NCBI GenBank assembly: GCA_022821685.1
Contig: JAJEDD010000034.1
Coordinates: 25,811-89,810, forward strand
DNA from: Acidimicrobiia bacterium
GTDB taxonomy: Bacteria > Actinomycetota > Acidimicrobiia > Acidimicrobiales > Aldehydirespiratoraceae
Reading direction: 5' to 3'
DNA: 64,000 nt
In this document: positions 17,097-27,344 of the stretch, piece after piece
Position numbering within the stretch: position 1 is the stretch's first letter
Layout of the letters: every line of letters starts with the position of its first letter
The notes under the pieces: generated by a model
Databases searched by the model: none
What the model saw: the letters and a program-made list of their open reading frames with translations, nothing else
Told to the model about the DNA's origin: nothing
Made by a program: the position numbers and the translations under genes

Positions 17097-17205
17097 CTCG
17101 CTCGGCCTCTGGGCCTGAACGCGCCCTTGTGGGGCTGGGAGGGGCTGGTTACGCTCGGCCGGGCCGCGGGTTCGAGGCCCGCGGCGCGCGTGGGAGGTAT
17201 ACGCA

Positions 17206-18504
17206 ATGTCTTCAGCACTGGTGGCCGGAATCGCTGTGGCGCTGGCCGTTCTCTTTGTGATCTTGATCGTGCGGTCGCTGATCGTGATCTGTCCGCCCAA
17301 CCGGGTGGCGGTGATCTCGGGCCGCAAGCGGACCCTGTCCGACGGGCGCACCGTGGGCTACCGGATCCTCAAGGGTGGCCGCACGCTGCGGATCCCCCTA
17401 ATTGAGCGGGTGGCCTGGATGGACCTCAACACCATCCCCCTTGAGGTGGCCGTGCAGAACGCCTATTCGCGCGGGGCCATCCCCCTCAACGTGATGGGCA
17501 TCGCCAACGTCAAGGTGTCGAGCGGCGAGGGCCTGCTGGAGAACGCGGCGGAGCGCTTCCTGCACGTCGACCACACCCATATCGGCAAGATCGCCAAAGA
17601 AACCCTGGAGGCCAACCTGCGGGGCGTGCTGGCCACCATGTCGCCCGAGGAGGTCAACGAGGACCGGCTCAAGTTCGGCCAGCAGCTCATCGACGAGGCC
17701 GACGACGACATCAAGACGCTGGGACTCGAGCTCGACGTGCTCAAGATCCAGAACGTCACCGACGACGTGAACTACCTCGAATCGGTGGGACGGCGCCTCA
17801 CCGCCGAGGTGATCCGCGACGCCCGGGTGGCCGAGGCCAACCGCACCGCAGAGTCCGAGCAGGCTGAGGCGGCCGCCCGCCGCACCGCCCAGGTGGCCCA
17901 GATCGAGGCCGACAAGACCATCGTGGAGGAGCAGAACGCCCTGCGGGTGCGCACCGCCGAGCTCGAGGCCATCTCCCGGGCCCGCGAGGAGGAGGCGCTC
18001 GTGGCGGGAGAGACGGCCAAGGCGGTGGCCAGCCAGGAGCTGGAGACCGAGCGCATCGAGTTGGAGAAGCGCCGGGTGGAGGCCGACGTGGTGGTGCCGG
18101 CCCGCGCCGACCTCGAGGCCCGCCAGCTTCAGGCCCAGGCCGAGGCGGCCACCATCGTCGAGGACGGCAAGGCCCAGGTCGAGGTGTTCAAGCGTCTCAC
18201 CGACCAGTACCAGGCGGCCGGCGCCGACGGCCACGACGTGCTGGTGCTCAACATGCTGCCGGACCTGGTCGACAAGATTGTCGCCACCGTCCAGAACGTG
18301 AGCATCGACCGGGTGGCGGTGGTGGACACCGGTGCCGCCGGCAGCGGCGACAGCAGCGCAGACGGCGGGTCCCGAGGGGGGATTCCGGGGCTGATGAGCC
18401 AGCTTCCGGCATCGCTGGTGGCCATGACCGAGCAGATCGAGGCCGCCACCGGGGTGGACATCCTGGCCTCGCTGCGCCGCCGCGAGGGCGAGGGCAAGAG
18501 CTGA
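17206..18504 (+). CDS. flotillin / SPFH (band 7) domain protein
   Basis: N-terminal TM segment, an SPFH core (LKGGRTLRIPLIERVAWMDLNTIPLEV...) and a long Ala/Glu-rich coiled coil; GGGAGG SD. Confidence 0.85.
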   Translation: MSSALVAGIAVALAVLFVILIVRSLIVICPPNRVAVISGRKRTLSDGRTVGYRILKGGRTLRIPLIERVAWMDLNTIPLEVAVQNAYSRGAIPLNVMGIANVKVSSGEGLLENAAERFLHVDHTHIGKIAKETLEANLRGVLATMSPEEVNEDRLKFGQQLIDEADDDIKTLGLELDVLKIQNVTDDVNYLESVGRRLTAEVIRDARVAEANRTAESEQAEAAARRTAQVAQIEADKTIVEEQNALRVRTAELEAISRAREEEALVAGETAKAVASQELETERIELEKRRVEADVVVPARADLEARQLQAQAEAATIVEDGKAQVEVFKRLTDQYQAAGADGHDVLVLNMLPDLVDKIVATVQNVSIDRVAVVDTGAAGSGDSSADGGSRGGIPGLMSQLPASLVAMTEQIEAATGVDILASLRRREGEGKS

Positions 18505-18554
18505 GAGGGCGACCCTGAGCGCCTCAGGCTGAGGCTGAATCCGCGCAACACAGA

Positions 18555-19466
18555 GTGAGCGGGCACCTCGAGGGCAAGACCGTCGCGGTCACCGGCGGCG
18601 GGGGCGGCATCGGTCGGGCGGTGTCGCTGGCCTGCTCGGCCGAGGGGGCCAATGTGGTGGTGGCCGACTACGGCGTCGCTCTCGACGGCTCGGATCCCTC
18701 CAGCGCGGTGGCCGGGGCGGCCGTGGACGAGATCCGGGCCGCGGGCGGCGAGGCCATCGCAGTGGCTGGTGACGTGTCGCGGTTCGATGTGGGCGCCGCC
18801 ATCGTGGAAGCGGCCTGCGATCAGTGGGGGAGCATCGACGGCGTGGTGTGCCCTGCGGGGGTGCTGCGGGAGCGGATGCTGTTCAACATGAGCGAGGACG
18901 AGTGGGACCAGGTGGTGGCCGTCCACCTCAAGGGGCACTTCAACGTGTACCGCGCCGCGCTGGCCCGCATGCGCAAGCAGCCGTCGGGCGGCTCGCTGGT
19001 CGGGTTCACCTCGGGAGCCTTCTCGGCCTCCACTGCTCAGGCCAACTACTCGGCGGCCAAGGGCGGCATCGTCAGCCTCACCCGCTCGGCGGCCATGACC
19101 GCGGCCTCGATACGCCTGCGGGGCGGGCCATCGATCAACGCCAACTGCATCGCGCCGGTGGCCCGCACCCGGATGAGCGAGAAGGTTCCCTTCGAGTTCG
19201 AGACGGGCGAGCCCGAAGCGGTGGCGCCCATGGCTGTGCATCTCCTCAGCGATGCCGGCCGGAGCGTCAATGCCCAGATCTACACGGTGGTGGGCAGGCG
19301 GATCTCGGTGTGGAACCAGCCGCAGGAGGTGCGCTCGATGTGGTCGTCGGGCGACCGATGGACACCGGCCGAGATCGCCGAGCTGTTGCCGGGCGCCGTC
19401 GGCCAGGAGCCCAACCCGATGATTGCCGACCTCGAGCGGCGCATGGCCGAGATGGAGCGCGACTGA
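18555..19466 (+). CDS. SDR-family oxidoreductase
   Basis: GKTVAVTGGGGGIGRAVSL (TGxxxGxG) and YSAAKGG (YxxxK). Confidence 0.85.
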   Translation: MSGHLEGKTVAVTGGGGGIGRAVSLACSAEGANVVVADYGVALDGSDPSSAVAGAAVDEIRAAGGEAIAVAGDVSRFDVGAAIVEAACDQWGSIDGVVCPAGVLRERMLFNMSEDEWDQVVAVHLKGHFNVYRAALARMRKQPSGGSLVGFTSGAFSASTAQANYSAAKGGIVSLTRSAAMTAASIRLRGGPSINANCIAPVARTRMSEKVPFEFETGEPEAVAPMAVHLLSDAGRSVNAQIYTVVGRRISVWNQPQEVRSMWSSGDRWTPAEIAELLPGAVGQEPNPMIADLERRMAEMERD

Positions 19467-19557
19467 CCGCATGCAGTTCCTGGCAGGGTGTCATACCCGT
19501 CTGACAAGATGGCGCCGCTGACGGCTCGATCACCGGCTCCCACGGAAGGCAATCCGA

Positions 19558-21396
19558 ATGGCTGCACGACTGACTTGCAAGCGCTCGCCGGCTCCTTTGG
19601 CGCCGATCCTTGCGCTCGCGCTGGTCGCGGCCGCGTGCGGGGGCGGGGCAGACGATGGCGAGTCGCCGTCGCCGGCCGCGGTGGAGACCACGGAGGCGAC
19701 CGAGACGGCTGACGTTGCCGATGGGGCAGACGGCGCCGAGGTGACCGCCCCGGCGGCCGAGCCGGAGCCACAGGAGCCGCTGGTCGCCCCGGTGGACACC
19801 ACCACCACGACTGCCGCGCCAACCACAGGCGACACCGCGGCCGAAGCGGTGGAGGATGCGCCGGCCGAGCCGCAGCCGCAGTTCGGAGGCACCCTCCGGG
19901 TCGCGGTTGAGGCCGAGGGCGACAGCCTGAACCCGACTTCTGGCAACTTCGCAGTCTCGGCCTACGTGATGACCTATCCCGTGTTCGAGCCCGTCGCCTA
20001 CTGGGATCCGCAGGGCAACTGGATCCCGTATCTGGCCGAGTCGTTCACCCCGATCAACGGCGGCGAGTCCTGGGAGATGAAGCTGCGTGAGGGGGTGCGC
20101 TTCCACGACGGCACCGAACTCGACGCCGACGATGTGGTCGCGGCCTACGAGGCCCAGCTCCTCGACCTCGAGGTCTCGCTCGCGGTCCGGCCCATGTTTC
20201 CCGACACGGGCGGCGTTGTGAAGATCGACGACCTCACGGTTCAGTTCAACCCGCTCGACAAGACCGTCCACTTCCCCCAATTCGTCACCAGCCAACTCGG
20301 CATGGTCCCCCCGTCGGAGTGGCTGGCCCGGGCCATCGAGGATCCGACCCTCAACCAGTCCCCGCCCGGCACCGGGCCCTTCATGGTCGACAGCCGGATC
20401 CAGGACGAGGTGACGGTGCTGGTGCGCAACCCCGACTACTGGGCCGCTGACATCACCGACATATACCTCGACCGCATAGAGATCTATCCCATCACCGACT
20501 CGGTGATCGCCGCGGAGCGGCTCGCGGCCGGTGAGCTCGATCTGATGGTGACGAGCACCGCCGACGCCATCCTCACGCTGCGCGACGCCGAGGGGGTGCG
20601 AACCATCGAGAACCTTCGGGGCGAAGAGGATTTCGCCATGATGAACACGCAGAGCCCTCCGTTCGACGACATACGGGCTCGTCAGGCGCTGACGTTCGCC
20701 ACCGACCGCGACGCCTATGTGGCCCTCATCCGCCAGGGAACCGCCCCGCCGGCCGACACGATGTTCCACCCGGACCTGATATGGCACAACCCGAACGTGA
20801 AACAGGAGACCAACATGCCTGAGCGGGCCGGCCCGCTCGTGGCTGCCTACTGCGCGGACTTCCCCTCCAACTGCAGCGACGGGAAGATCAACATGGAGTT
20901 GCAGTACTCGGGCCCGTCGGTGGTGCAGACCCGCATCGCGGATCTGCTGATCGATGGCTGGGAGGACTATTTCAACGTCACCCAGCAGGAACTGCTCCAA
21001 GACAACCACATCACAGAGGTAGCCATCGGGGCCTACAACGTGGTCACCTGGAGGCAGTTCGGCGCGGTCGATCCCGACAACGACATGTTGTGGATCCAGT
21101 GCAGCTCGATCGGATTCATCTCGATCAACTGGCCCCGAAACTGCGACCCCGAGAGCGACGCCCTCATGTTCGAACAGAGGGCGACCGACGACCTCGACCG
21201 GCGGGTGGAGATCTGGCACCAGATCCAGCAGGACCTCAGGGACTCGTACATATACATCTTCTTCAACCACGCCAACTGGACCATCGGCGCGGGGGAGCAT
21301 GTACACAACGTCTGCGGACAGACCGCCCCCACCGGCGAAGAGCTTTTCTGCAACAACCAGGGCAGGGTGCAGTTGCACCAAGTCTGGCTGAGCTAG
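19558..21396 (+). CDS. ABC transporter substrate-binding lipoprotein, family 5 (peptide/nickel)
   Basis: LALALVAAACGGG lipobox, a Thr-rich linker LVAPVDTTTTTAAP, and an SBP_bac_5-like core (MKLREGVRFHDGTELDADDVV). Confidence 0.85.
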   Translation: MAARLTCKRSPAPLAPILALALVAAACGGGADDGESPSPAAVETTEATETADVADGADGAEVTAPAAEPEPQEPLVAPVDTTTTTAAPTTGDTAAEAVEDAPAEPQPQFGGTLRVAVEAEGDSLNPTSGNFAVSAYVMTYPVFEPVAYWDPQGNWIPYLAESFTPINGGESWEMKLREGVRFHDGTELDADDVVAAYEAQLLDLEVSLAVRPMFPDTGGVVKIDDLTVQFNPLDKTVHFPQFVTSQLGMVPPSEWLARAIEDPTLNQSPPGTGPFMVDSRIQDEVTVLVRNPDYWAADITDIYLDRIEIYPITDSVIAAERLAAGELDLMVTSTADAILTLRDAEGVRTIENLRGEEDFAMMNTQSPPFDDIRARQALTFATDRDAYVALIRQGTAPPADTMFHPDLIWHNPNVKQETNMPERAGPLVAAYCADFPSNCSDGKINMELQYSGPSVVQTRIADLLIDGWEDYFNVTQQELLQDNHITEVAIGAYNVVTWRQFGAVDPDNDMLWIQCSSIGFISINWPRNCDPESDALMFEQRATDDLDRRVEIWHQIQQDLRDSYIYIFFNHANWTIGAGEHVHNVCGQTAPTGEELFCNNQGRVQLHQVWLS

Positions 21397-21436
21397 ATTT
21401 CGCGGCGGCCGGCCGGGCATCGAAGGGCGATTTGGC

Positions 21437-23248
21437 ATGGCTGCTCGACGGAGCCGCATTCATCGGAGGGTCGGGCTCGCGGCCGTGATCGCCTTCGCCC
21501 TTGCGGCGGCGGCGTGCGGCGGCGGGGGCGAGAGCGGCGAGCCCCAAGCCCCCCCGGCTTCTGAGCCCGCTGCGGCCGAGCCGACGGCCTCTGGCGGCGA
21601 GGCCGACGAGGCGCCCGTCGCCGCCGAGCAGAACCCACCGGACGAGTCGGAGCTGTTGGTGGCGCCGGTGGACACCACGACCACCACCGCGGCTCCCGGC
21701 GACGGCGGCGGGGAGCCGGGACCCGTCTACGGCGGCACGCTGAGAGTGGGCGCCTACGCCGAGGGCGATGGCCTCAACCCGGCGGCCAACGCCATCTCGA
21801 CCCCCGTCTTCTTGATGGCCGGGCCGGTCTTCGACCCGCTGGCCTACTTCGACGCCGACGGCAACTGGATCCCGTTCCTGGCCGAGTCGTGGACCAAGGT
21901 CGGCGACGGCTCGGTCTGGCGGATGAAGCTGCGCGAGGGGGTGCGCTTCCACGACGGGACCGGGCTCGACGCCGACGATGTGGTGGCCACGTTCCAGGCC
22001 CAGCTGGCCGACCCCCTGATCTCGATCGCGTTCCGGCCCGGCTTCGACCCCGACGAGCCCATCCGCAAGATCGACAACCACACCGTCGAGTTCGTCGGGG
22101 TGCGGCCCTCGGCCCATCTGCCCAACGCCTTCGCCACCCAGATCGGGATGGTCCTGCCGTCGGAATGGCTACAGCGGGCCGCCGCCGATCCCGCGCTCAA
22201 CCAAATGCCGGTCGGCACCGGCCCGTTCATGGTGCAGAGCCGCATCCAGGACGAGGTGACGGTGCTGGTGCGCAACCCCGACTACTGGGCCGCCGATCTG
22301 ATCGACGTGTATCCCGACCGCATCGAGGTGTACCCCATCCCCGACTCGAGCGCGGCCGCCCAGCGGCTGATCGCGGGAGAGCTAGATCTGATGGTCACCG
22401 CCAGCACGGGAGCCATCCTGACGCTGCGCGACGCAGCGGATCAAGGCGTGACCACCATCGAAAACGTGCGGGCCGACGAGTCGGTGCTGTTCATCAACAC
22501 GAAGAGCCCGGTCTTCTCCGACATCCGGGCCCGCCAGGCGCTCACGTTCGCCACCGACCAGGACCTCTACGTGGAGCTGCTGGGCGAGGGGACGGCACCG
22601 GCGGCCGAGTCGATCTTCCATCCCGACTTGATCTGGCGCAACCCCGAGGTCGCCCAGGAGACGAACATGGCCGAGCGGGCTGGGCCGCTGGTGGCCGAGC
22701 ACTGCGCCGAGCATCCCCAGAACTGCTCGGAGGGCAGGATCAACATGCGTCTCGGCCTTCCCGGCCCTTCGGTGGAGAGCGACCGGGCCCGCGATCTGCT
22801 GGCCGCCACCTGGGGCGAGTTCTTCGACGTCGACACCACGGTGAAGCCCCTCGACGAGCTGATCGTCGACGTGGCGCTGGGAAACTACGACGTGGCGCTG
22901 AGCTCGGCCTTCGGGGCGGTCGACCCCGACAACGACGTCATCTTCATGGAGTGCGGGTCGATCAGCTTCATCTCGCTCAACTTCAGCCGCCACTGCGACC
23001 CCGAGCGCGACGATCTGATGTATGAGCAGCGGGCTATCGAAGACCTCGACCGGCGAGTGGAGATCTGGCACCGCATCCAGGCGATCAACCGCGACGCCTA
23101 CGAGTCCATCCTGCTCACCCACACCAACTGGACCGTCGGCGCCCGTGACAACGTCCACAACGTCTGCGGGGCCACGGGGCCCGCCGGCGACCCGCTCTTC
23201 TGCAACAACCAGGGACGGATCTGGCTGCACCAGATCTGGCTGAGCTGA
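21437..23248 (+). CDS. ABC transporter substrate-binding lipoprotein, family 5 (tandem paralog)
   Basis: AFALAAAACGGGG lipobox and the same LVAPVDTTTTTAAP linker. Collinear with 19558..21396 along its whole length. Confidence 0.85.
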   Translation: MAARRSRIHRRVGLAAVIAFALAAAACGGGGESGEPQAPPASEPAAAEPTASGGEADEAPVAAEQNPPDESELLVAPVDTTTTTAAPGDGGGEPGPVYGGTLRVGAYAEGDGLNPAANAISTPVFLMAGPVFDPLAYFDADGNWIPFLAESWTKVGDGSVWRMKLREGVRFHDGTGLDADDVVATFQAQLADPLISIAFRPGFDPDEPIRKIDNHTVEFVGVRPSAHLPNAFATQIGMVLPSEWLQRAAADPALNQMPVGTGPFMVQSRIQDEVTVLVRNPDYWAADLIDVYPDRIEVYPIPDSSAAAQRLIAGELDLMVTASTGAILTLRDAADQGVTTIENVRADESVLFINTKSPVFSDIRARQALTFATDQDLYVELLGEGTAPAAESIFHPDLIWRNPEVAQETNMAERAGPLVAEHCAEHPQNCSEGRINMRLGLPGPSVESDRARDLLAATWGEFFDVDTTVKPLDELIVDVALGNYDVALSSAFGAVDPDNDVIFMECGSISFISLNFSRHCDPERDDLMYEQRAIEDLDRRVEIWHRIQAINRDAYESILLTHTNWTVGARDNVHNVCGATGPAGDPLFCNNQGRIWLHQIWLS

Positions 23249-23371
23249 GGGTGTGGTGTGAGCGCAACTGCGGAGCCCTCTAGGGCGCGCCAGGCAAGCG
23301 TTCGACTGCGCCGCGCCGGCGAGCCGGCGACGGACCACTGACAGTCGAGGCGACCGGGCGGCGGGGGACTG

Positions 23372-24370
23372 GTGGCCAGGTTCGTGCTGCGCCGGGTGGC
23401 GCTGCTGCTCGCCGTGCTGTTCGCGGTGACCTTTCTGGGCTTCGCGGCCATGAACCTGCTGGGCGACCCGCTCGTGAACGTGGTGGGCGTGCTGGCCGAG
23501 CTGGACTGCGACGCCATCGAGGCCGGCACCGCCGAGGACACCACGGTGGACGCAGCCAGCCGGGACTGCGACACCGTGGCCGCGGCCCGAGCTGAATACC
23601 ACCTCGACCGGGCCGTGCCAGTGCGCTACGGGCTGTGGCTGGGCGACATGGCTACCGGCGACTTCGGCACCTCGTTCCAGAACGACCAGCCGGTGAGCCA
23701 GGTGATCCGCGAGAAGCTGCCCGAGACGGTGATCCTGCTGGTGATGGCCCAGGCCGTGGCGCTGGGGCTGGCCGTCCCGTGGGGCGTGCTCGCCGCCTAC
23801 CGGGCCAACCGGGCCTTCGACCGCGGCTCCACGGTGGCGTCGTTCGGCCTGCTGTCAGTGCCCAACTTCGCGCTGGGGGTGGTGCTGCTGTACCTGCTGG
23901 CGCTGCGTTGGCAGATCTTCCCGTCGGCCTACGAGAGCGACAGCGTCTCCGGGCTGCTGTTCTCCATGGTCCTGCCCGCCCTCACGCTCGGCCTGCCGCT
24001 GGCGGCCAGCTACCAGCGGCTGCTGCGCACCGACCTGATCACCACCCTGCAGGAGGACTACGTGCACATGGCCCGAGCCAAGGGGCTGCCGCCGATGCGG
24101 ATCATGTTCCGCCACGCCCTGCGGCCGTCGCTGTTCTCGGTGGTGACCGTTTTCGGGGTTAGCACCGGCACCCTGATCGGCGGGTCGCTGGTGGTGGAGC
24201 AGATATTCGGTATTCCGGGGATCGGCCGGGAGATCGTGACCGCGGTGATCCGCGACGACTTCCCGGTGGTGCTGGCCATCGTGATGGTGGTGGCGGTCAC
24301 CTTCGTGGTGCTCAACTTCCTGGTGGACCTGCTCTACAGCTGGCTGGATCCGAGGGTGCGGGCCCGGTGA
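23372..24370 (+). CDS. ABC transporter permease (DppB/OppB-like)
   Basis: 332 aa, multi-TM, with an EAA-loop-like LQEDYVHMARAKGLPPMRIMFRHALRPS. Confidence 0.85.
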   Translation: MARFVLRRVALLLAVLFAVTFLGFAAMNLLGDPLVNVVGVLAELDCDAIEAGTAEDTTVDAASRDCDTVAAARAEYHLDRAVPVRYGLWLGDMATGDFGTSFQNDQPVSQVIREKLPETVILLVMAQAVALGLAVPWGVLAAYRANRAFDRGSTVASFGLLSVPNFALGVVLLYLLALRWQIFPSAYESDSVSGLLFSMVLPALTLGLPLAASYQRLLRTDLITTLQEDYVHMARAKGLPPMRIMFRHALRPSLFSVVTVFGVSTGTLIGGSLVVEQIFGIPGIGREIVTAVIRDDFPVVLAIVMVVAVTFVVLNFLVDLLYSWLDPRVRAR

Positions 24371-25191
24371 GGCGTCTGGGATTCTGCTTCTGGCTGGCGG
24401 TGGGGTGGTTGGCGATGATGGCGCTGGTGGCCACCTTCGCGCCGCTGCTGCCCATAGCCGATCCCACCGAGGTGGCCTTCGGCGGACCCCGGGAGGCGCC
24501 CTCCGCCGACGCCTGGTTCGGCACCGACGCGCTGGGCCGAGACGTGTTCTCGCGCACCGTGCACGGTGCCCGCATCAGCCTGGCCGTGGGCGGCTTCGCC
24601 ATCGTGTTCGGGATGGTGGTAGGGGGCGGGCTGGGGATCCTGGCCGGCTATTTTCGGGGCCGGCTGGATCAGGGCGTGGGCTTCGTGTTCTTCGTGCTGC
24701 TGTCGTTCCCGGCGCTGGTGCTGGCCATCTTGATAACCGCCACCCTCGAGCGCAGCCTTCTGGTGGTGAGCCTCACCATCGGGATCCTGGCGGTGGCGCC
24801 GGTGGGGCTGTTGTCGCGGGCCTCCACGTTAGTGTTCGCCGAGCGCGAGTTCGTGGCCGCGGCCCGGGTGCTCGGGGCCACCCACGGCCGGATCATCGTG
24901 CGCGAGCTGCTGCCAAACGTGGTCATACCCATGGGCGCGCTGACCCTGCTCGGCATGGCCGTGGCCGTGGTGGCCGAGGGCTCGCTCGCCTTCCTGGGAC
25001 TGTCGGTGGCCGGCGACAACGCCATCTCGTGGGGCAAGATGATCGTCGACGGCTCCGGTCTGCGCGACCTGCAGAACGCCGCCCATGTGACGATGTTCCC
25101 GGTGGCGGTGATGTTCGCCACCGTGCTCTCGCTCAACTTCGCCGGCGACCGCATACGCCAGCATTTCGACGTCAAGGAGCTGGCCTTCTGA
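24367..25191 (+). CDS. ABC transporter permease (DppC/OppC-like)
   Basis: GTGA overlap with the upstream permease; FAEREFVAAARVLGATHGRIIVRELLPN. Confidence 0.85.
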   Translation: MRRLGFCFWLAVGWLAMMALVATFAPLLPIADPTEVAFGGPREAPSADAWFGTDALGRDVFSRTVHGARISLAVGGFAIVFGMVVGGGLGILAGYFRGRLDQGVGFVFFVLLSFPALVLAILITATLERSLLVVSLTIGILAVAPVGLLSRASTLVFAEREFVAAARVLGATHGRIIVRELLPNVVIPMGALTLLGMAVAVVAEGSLAFLGLSVAGDNAISWGKMIVDGSGLRDLQNAAHVTMFPVAVMFATVLSLNFAGDRIRQHFDVKELAF

Positions 25192-25258
25192 TGGATCTGA
25201 AGCGACGGGTTGCGCCCGCTCTGCATTCGCGGTGCGATCGGTGGGAGTGGGCGCGCTG

Positions 25259-26311
25259 ATGGCCGGTGATCCGCTGCTGTCGGTGCGCGACCTGCACGTG
25301 CGGTTCGCGACCGAGCGGGGCGACGTCAACGCCGTCAACGGCGTGAGCTTCGATCTGCACGAGGGCCAGACCCTGGCCATCGTGGGGGAGTCGGGGTCGG
25401 GCAAGTCGGTCACGGCCAAGACGCTGATGAACCTGCTGCCCCGCAGCGCGCGGGTGAGCGGCGAGGTGACCTACGGCGGCCACGACGTGCGGGCTCTGGC
25501 CGCGGCGGGAACCAAGCACTTCTTCGGCGTGCAGATGACCATGGTGTTCCAGGATCCGATGACCTCGCTCAATCCGGTCAAGCGGGTGGGCGAGCAGATC
25601 GCCGAGACCCTCCGCTACCACCTGGGCCGGTCCCGTTCCGAGGCCCGATCCGAGGCTGTCGAGCTGCTCGACACGGTGGGCGTGCCCGAGCCGGCCCGGC
25701 GGGTGCGACAGTACCCGCACGAGCTGTCGGGCGGGCTGCGCCAGCGGGTGGTCATTGCCATGGCGCTGGCCTGCCGGCCCCGGCTGCTGATCGCGGACGA
25801 GCCCACCACCGCGGTGGACGTCACCGTGCAGAAGCATCTGCTCGACCTGCTCGACGACCTGCGCCGCCGCCGGGGGATGTCGATGATCCTCATCACCCAC
25901 GACCTGGGGGTGGCCCGAGGCCGGGCCGACGATGTGGCGGTGATGTACGCGGGCCGGGTGGTGGAGACCGCCGACGCCGACACCCTCTTCGCCGACATGC
26001 GCCACCCCTACACCGAGGCGCTGCTGCGGTCGATCCCCCGCATCGAGGATCCCGTCCATCACCGGCTCGACCCGATCCAGGGCCGCCCGCCGGAGTCGAT
26101 CGACCCGCCCGAGGCGTGCGCCTTCGCGCCCCGCTGCGCCTACGCCCAAAGCGACTGTCTCAACGGCGTTCCGGAGTTGGATGGCCTGCTGGGACTTCAC
26201 CGCTTTGCCTGCCTGCATCCAACGGGCACCGAGCGGGGCGCGGCCGCCATGTCGGCCAACCAGGCCGCAGGAGTGACCGCGGCCGGAATGCCGGTCGGGG
26301 GCGACCGCTGA
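25259..26311 (+). CDS. ABC transporter ATP-binding protein (DppD/OppD-like)
   Basis: GESGSGKS (Walker A), LSGGLRQRV (signature), LLIADEPTTAVD (Walker B). Start taken at ATG 25259 (MAGDPLLSVRDL). Confidence 0.85.
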   Translation: MAGDPLLSVRDLHVRFATERGDVNAVNGVSFDLHEGQTLAIVGESGSGKSVTAKTLMNLLPRSARVSGEVTYGGHDVRALAAAGTKHFFGVQMTMVFQDPMTSLNPVKRVGEQIAETLRYHLGRSRSEARSEAVELLDTVGVPEPARRVRQYPHELSGGLRQRVVIAMALACRPRLLIADEPTTAVDVTVQKHLLDLLDDLRRRRGMSMILITHDLGVARGRADDVAVMYAGRVVETADADTLFADMRHPYTEALLRSIPRIEDPVHHRLDPIQGRPPESIDPPEACAFAPRCAYAQSDCLNGVPELDGLLGLHRFACLHPTGTERGAAAMSANQAAGVTAAGMPVGGDR

Positions 26312-27324
26312 TGGCCGGCAGCGGCCGGGCGCAGCTGCGGGGCCGCGACGACGTGCTGCTGGAGGTCAAGGACCTCGTGGTGCACTTCGGCGCCGGCCGC
26401 AGGCGCGTCGTTCACGCCGTGTCGGGGGTGAGCTTCGATGTGGCCGAGGGCGAGACGCTCGGCATCGTGGGCGAGTCCGGGTGCGGTAAGTCGACGGTGG
26501 CCCGAGCCATCATCCGCCTAGTCGACATCACTGCCGGAGAGGTGCTGTTCGAGGGCCGGGACCTTGCCGGCCTTGAGGGCGAGGAGCTGCGCCGGGTGCG
26601 GCCCCGCCTGCAGATGATCTTCCAGGATCCGATCTCGTCGCTCAACCCCCGCCGCCGGGTCCGCGACGTGATCGCCGAGGGCCTGGCCGTGTGGGGCGAC
26701 GACATCGGATCATGGAGCCACGACCGCATCGACGAGCTCATGGAGGCGGTCGGGGTGGAGGCCCGCCACGGCGACCGGCGGCCCCATGAGTTCTCCGGTG
26801 GCCAGTGCCAGCGCATCGGCATCGCCCGGGCCCTGGCCCTCGACCCCAAGGTGCTGATCTGCGACGAGCCGGTGTCGGCGCTCGACGTGTCGATCCAGGC
26901 CCAGATCCTGAACCTGCTCCAAGACATGAAGCGCCGCTACGGGCTGACGGTGCTGTTCATCTCGCACGACCTGGCGGTGGTGAAGAACGTCAGCGACCGG
27001 ATCGTGGTCATGTATCTGGGCAAGGTGTGCGAGATCGGCAGCACCGCCGAGATCTACTCCCGCCCCGCCCATCCCTACACCCGGGCTCTGCTGGCCTCCA
27101 TCCCCGAGCCCGCCGCCGCGGTGGCCGCCGACGAGGGCGACATAGGCGACGAGCTGCCGTCGGCGACCGCCCCCCCGAGCGGCTGCCGGTTCCACACCCG
27201 CTGCCCGCGGGCAACCGAGGTGTGCCGCGAGGTCGAGCCGGTCACAGAGCCGATTGGCGACGGTGACCACTACATCGCCTGCCACCACCCGGTGGCCGTC
27301 GATATCACCGCCCGCTCCAGATAG
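26311..27324 (+). CDS. ABC transporter ATP-binding protein (DppF/OppF-like)
   Basis: TGATG overlap with the upstream gene; GESGCGKST, FSGGQCQRIGIARAL, VLICDEPVSALD. The ORF-track start at 26116 is an out-of-context extension. Confidence 0.85.
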   Translation: MAGSGRAQLRGRDDVLLEVKDLVVHFGAGRRRVVHAVSGVSFDVAEGETLGIVGESGCGKSTVARAIIRLVDITAGEVLFEGRDLAGLEGEELRRVRPRLQMIFQDPISSLNPRRRVRDVIAEGLAVWGDDIGSWSHDRIDELMEAVGVEARHGDRRPHEFSGGQCQRIGIARALALDPKVLICDEPVSALDVSIQAQILNLLQDMKRRYGLTVLFISHDLAVVKNVSDRIVVMYLGKVCEIGSTAEIYSRPAHPYTRALLASIPEPAAAVAADEGDIGDELPSATAPPSGCRFHTRCPRATEVCREVEPVTEPIGDGDHYIACHHPVAVDITARSR

Positions 27325-27344
27325 CGCTAGCCGCGCGCTCGCCC

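Noticed and set aside
17121-17190. tRNA-like T-arm (gcggg-TTCGAGG-cccgc) with a partly complementary acceptor-like stem.
   Set aside because: No D-arm pairing is possible (tggg/gggg). The would-be anticodon stem encloses an 8-nt loop without the U33/purine-37 pattern. The acceptor has a C-C mismatch. I treat it as a plain GC hairpin in the flotillin 5' region.
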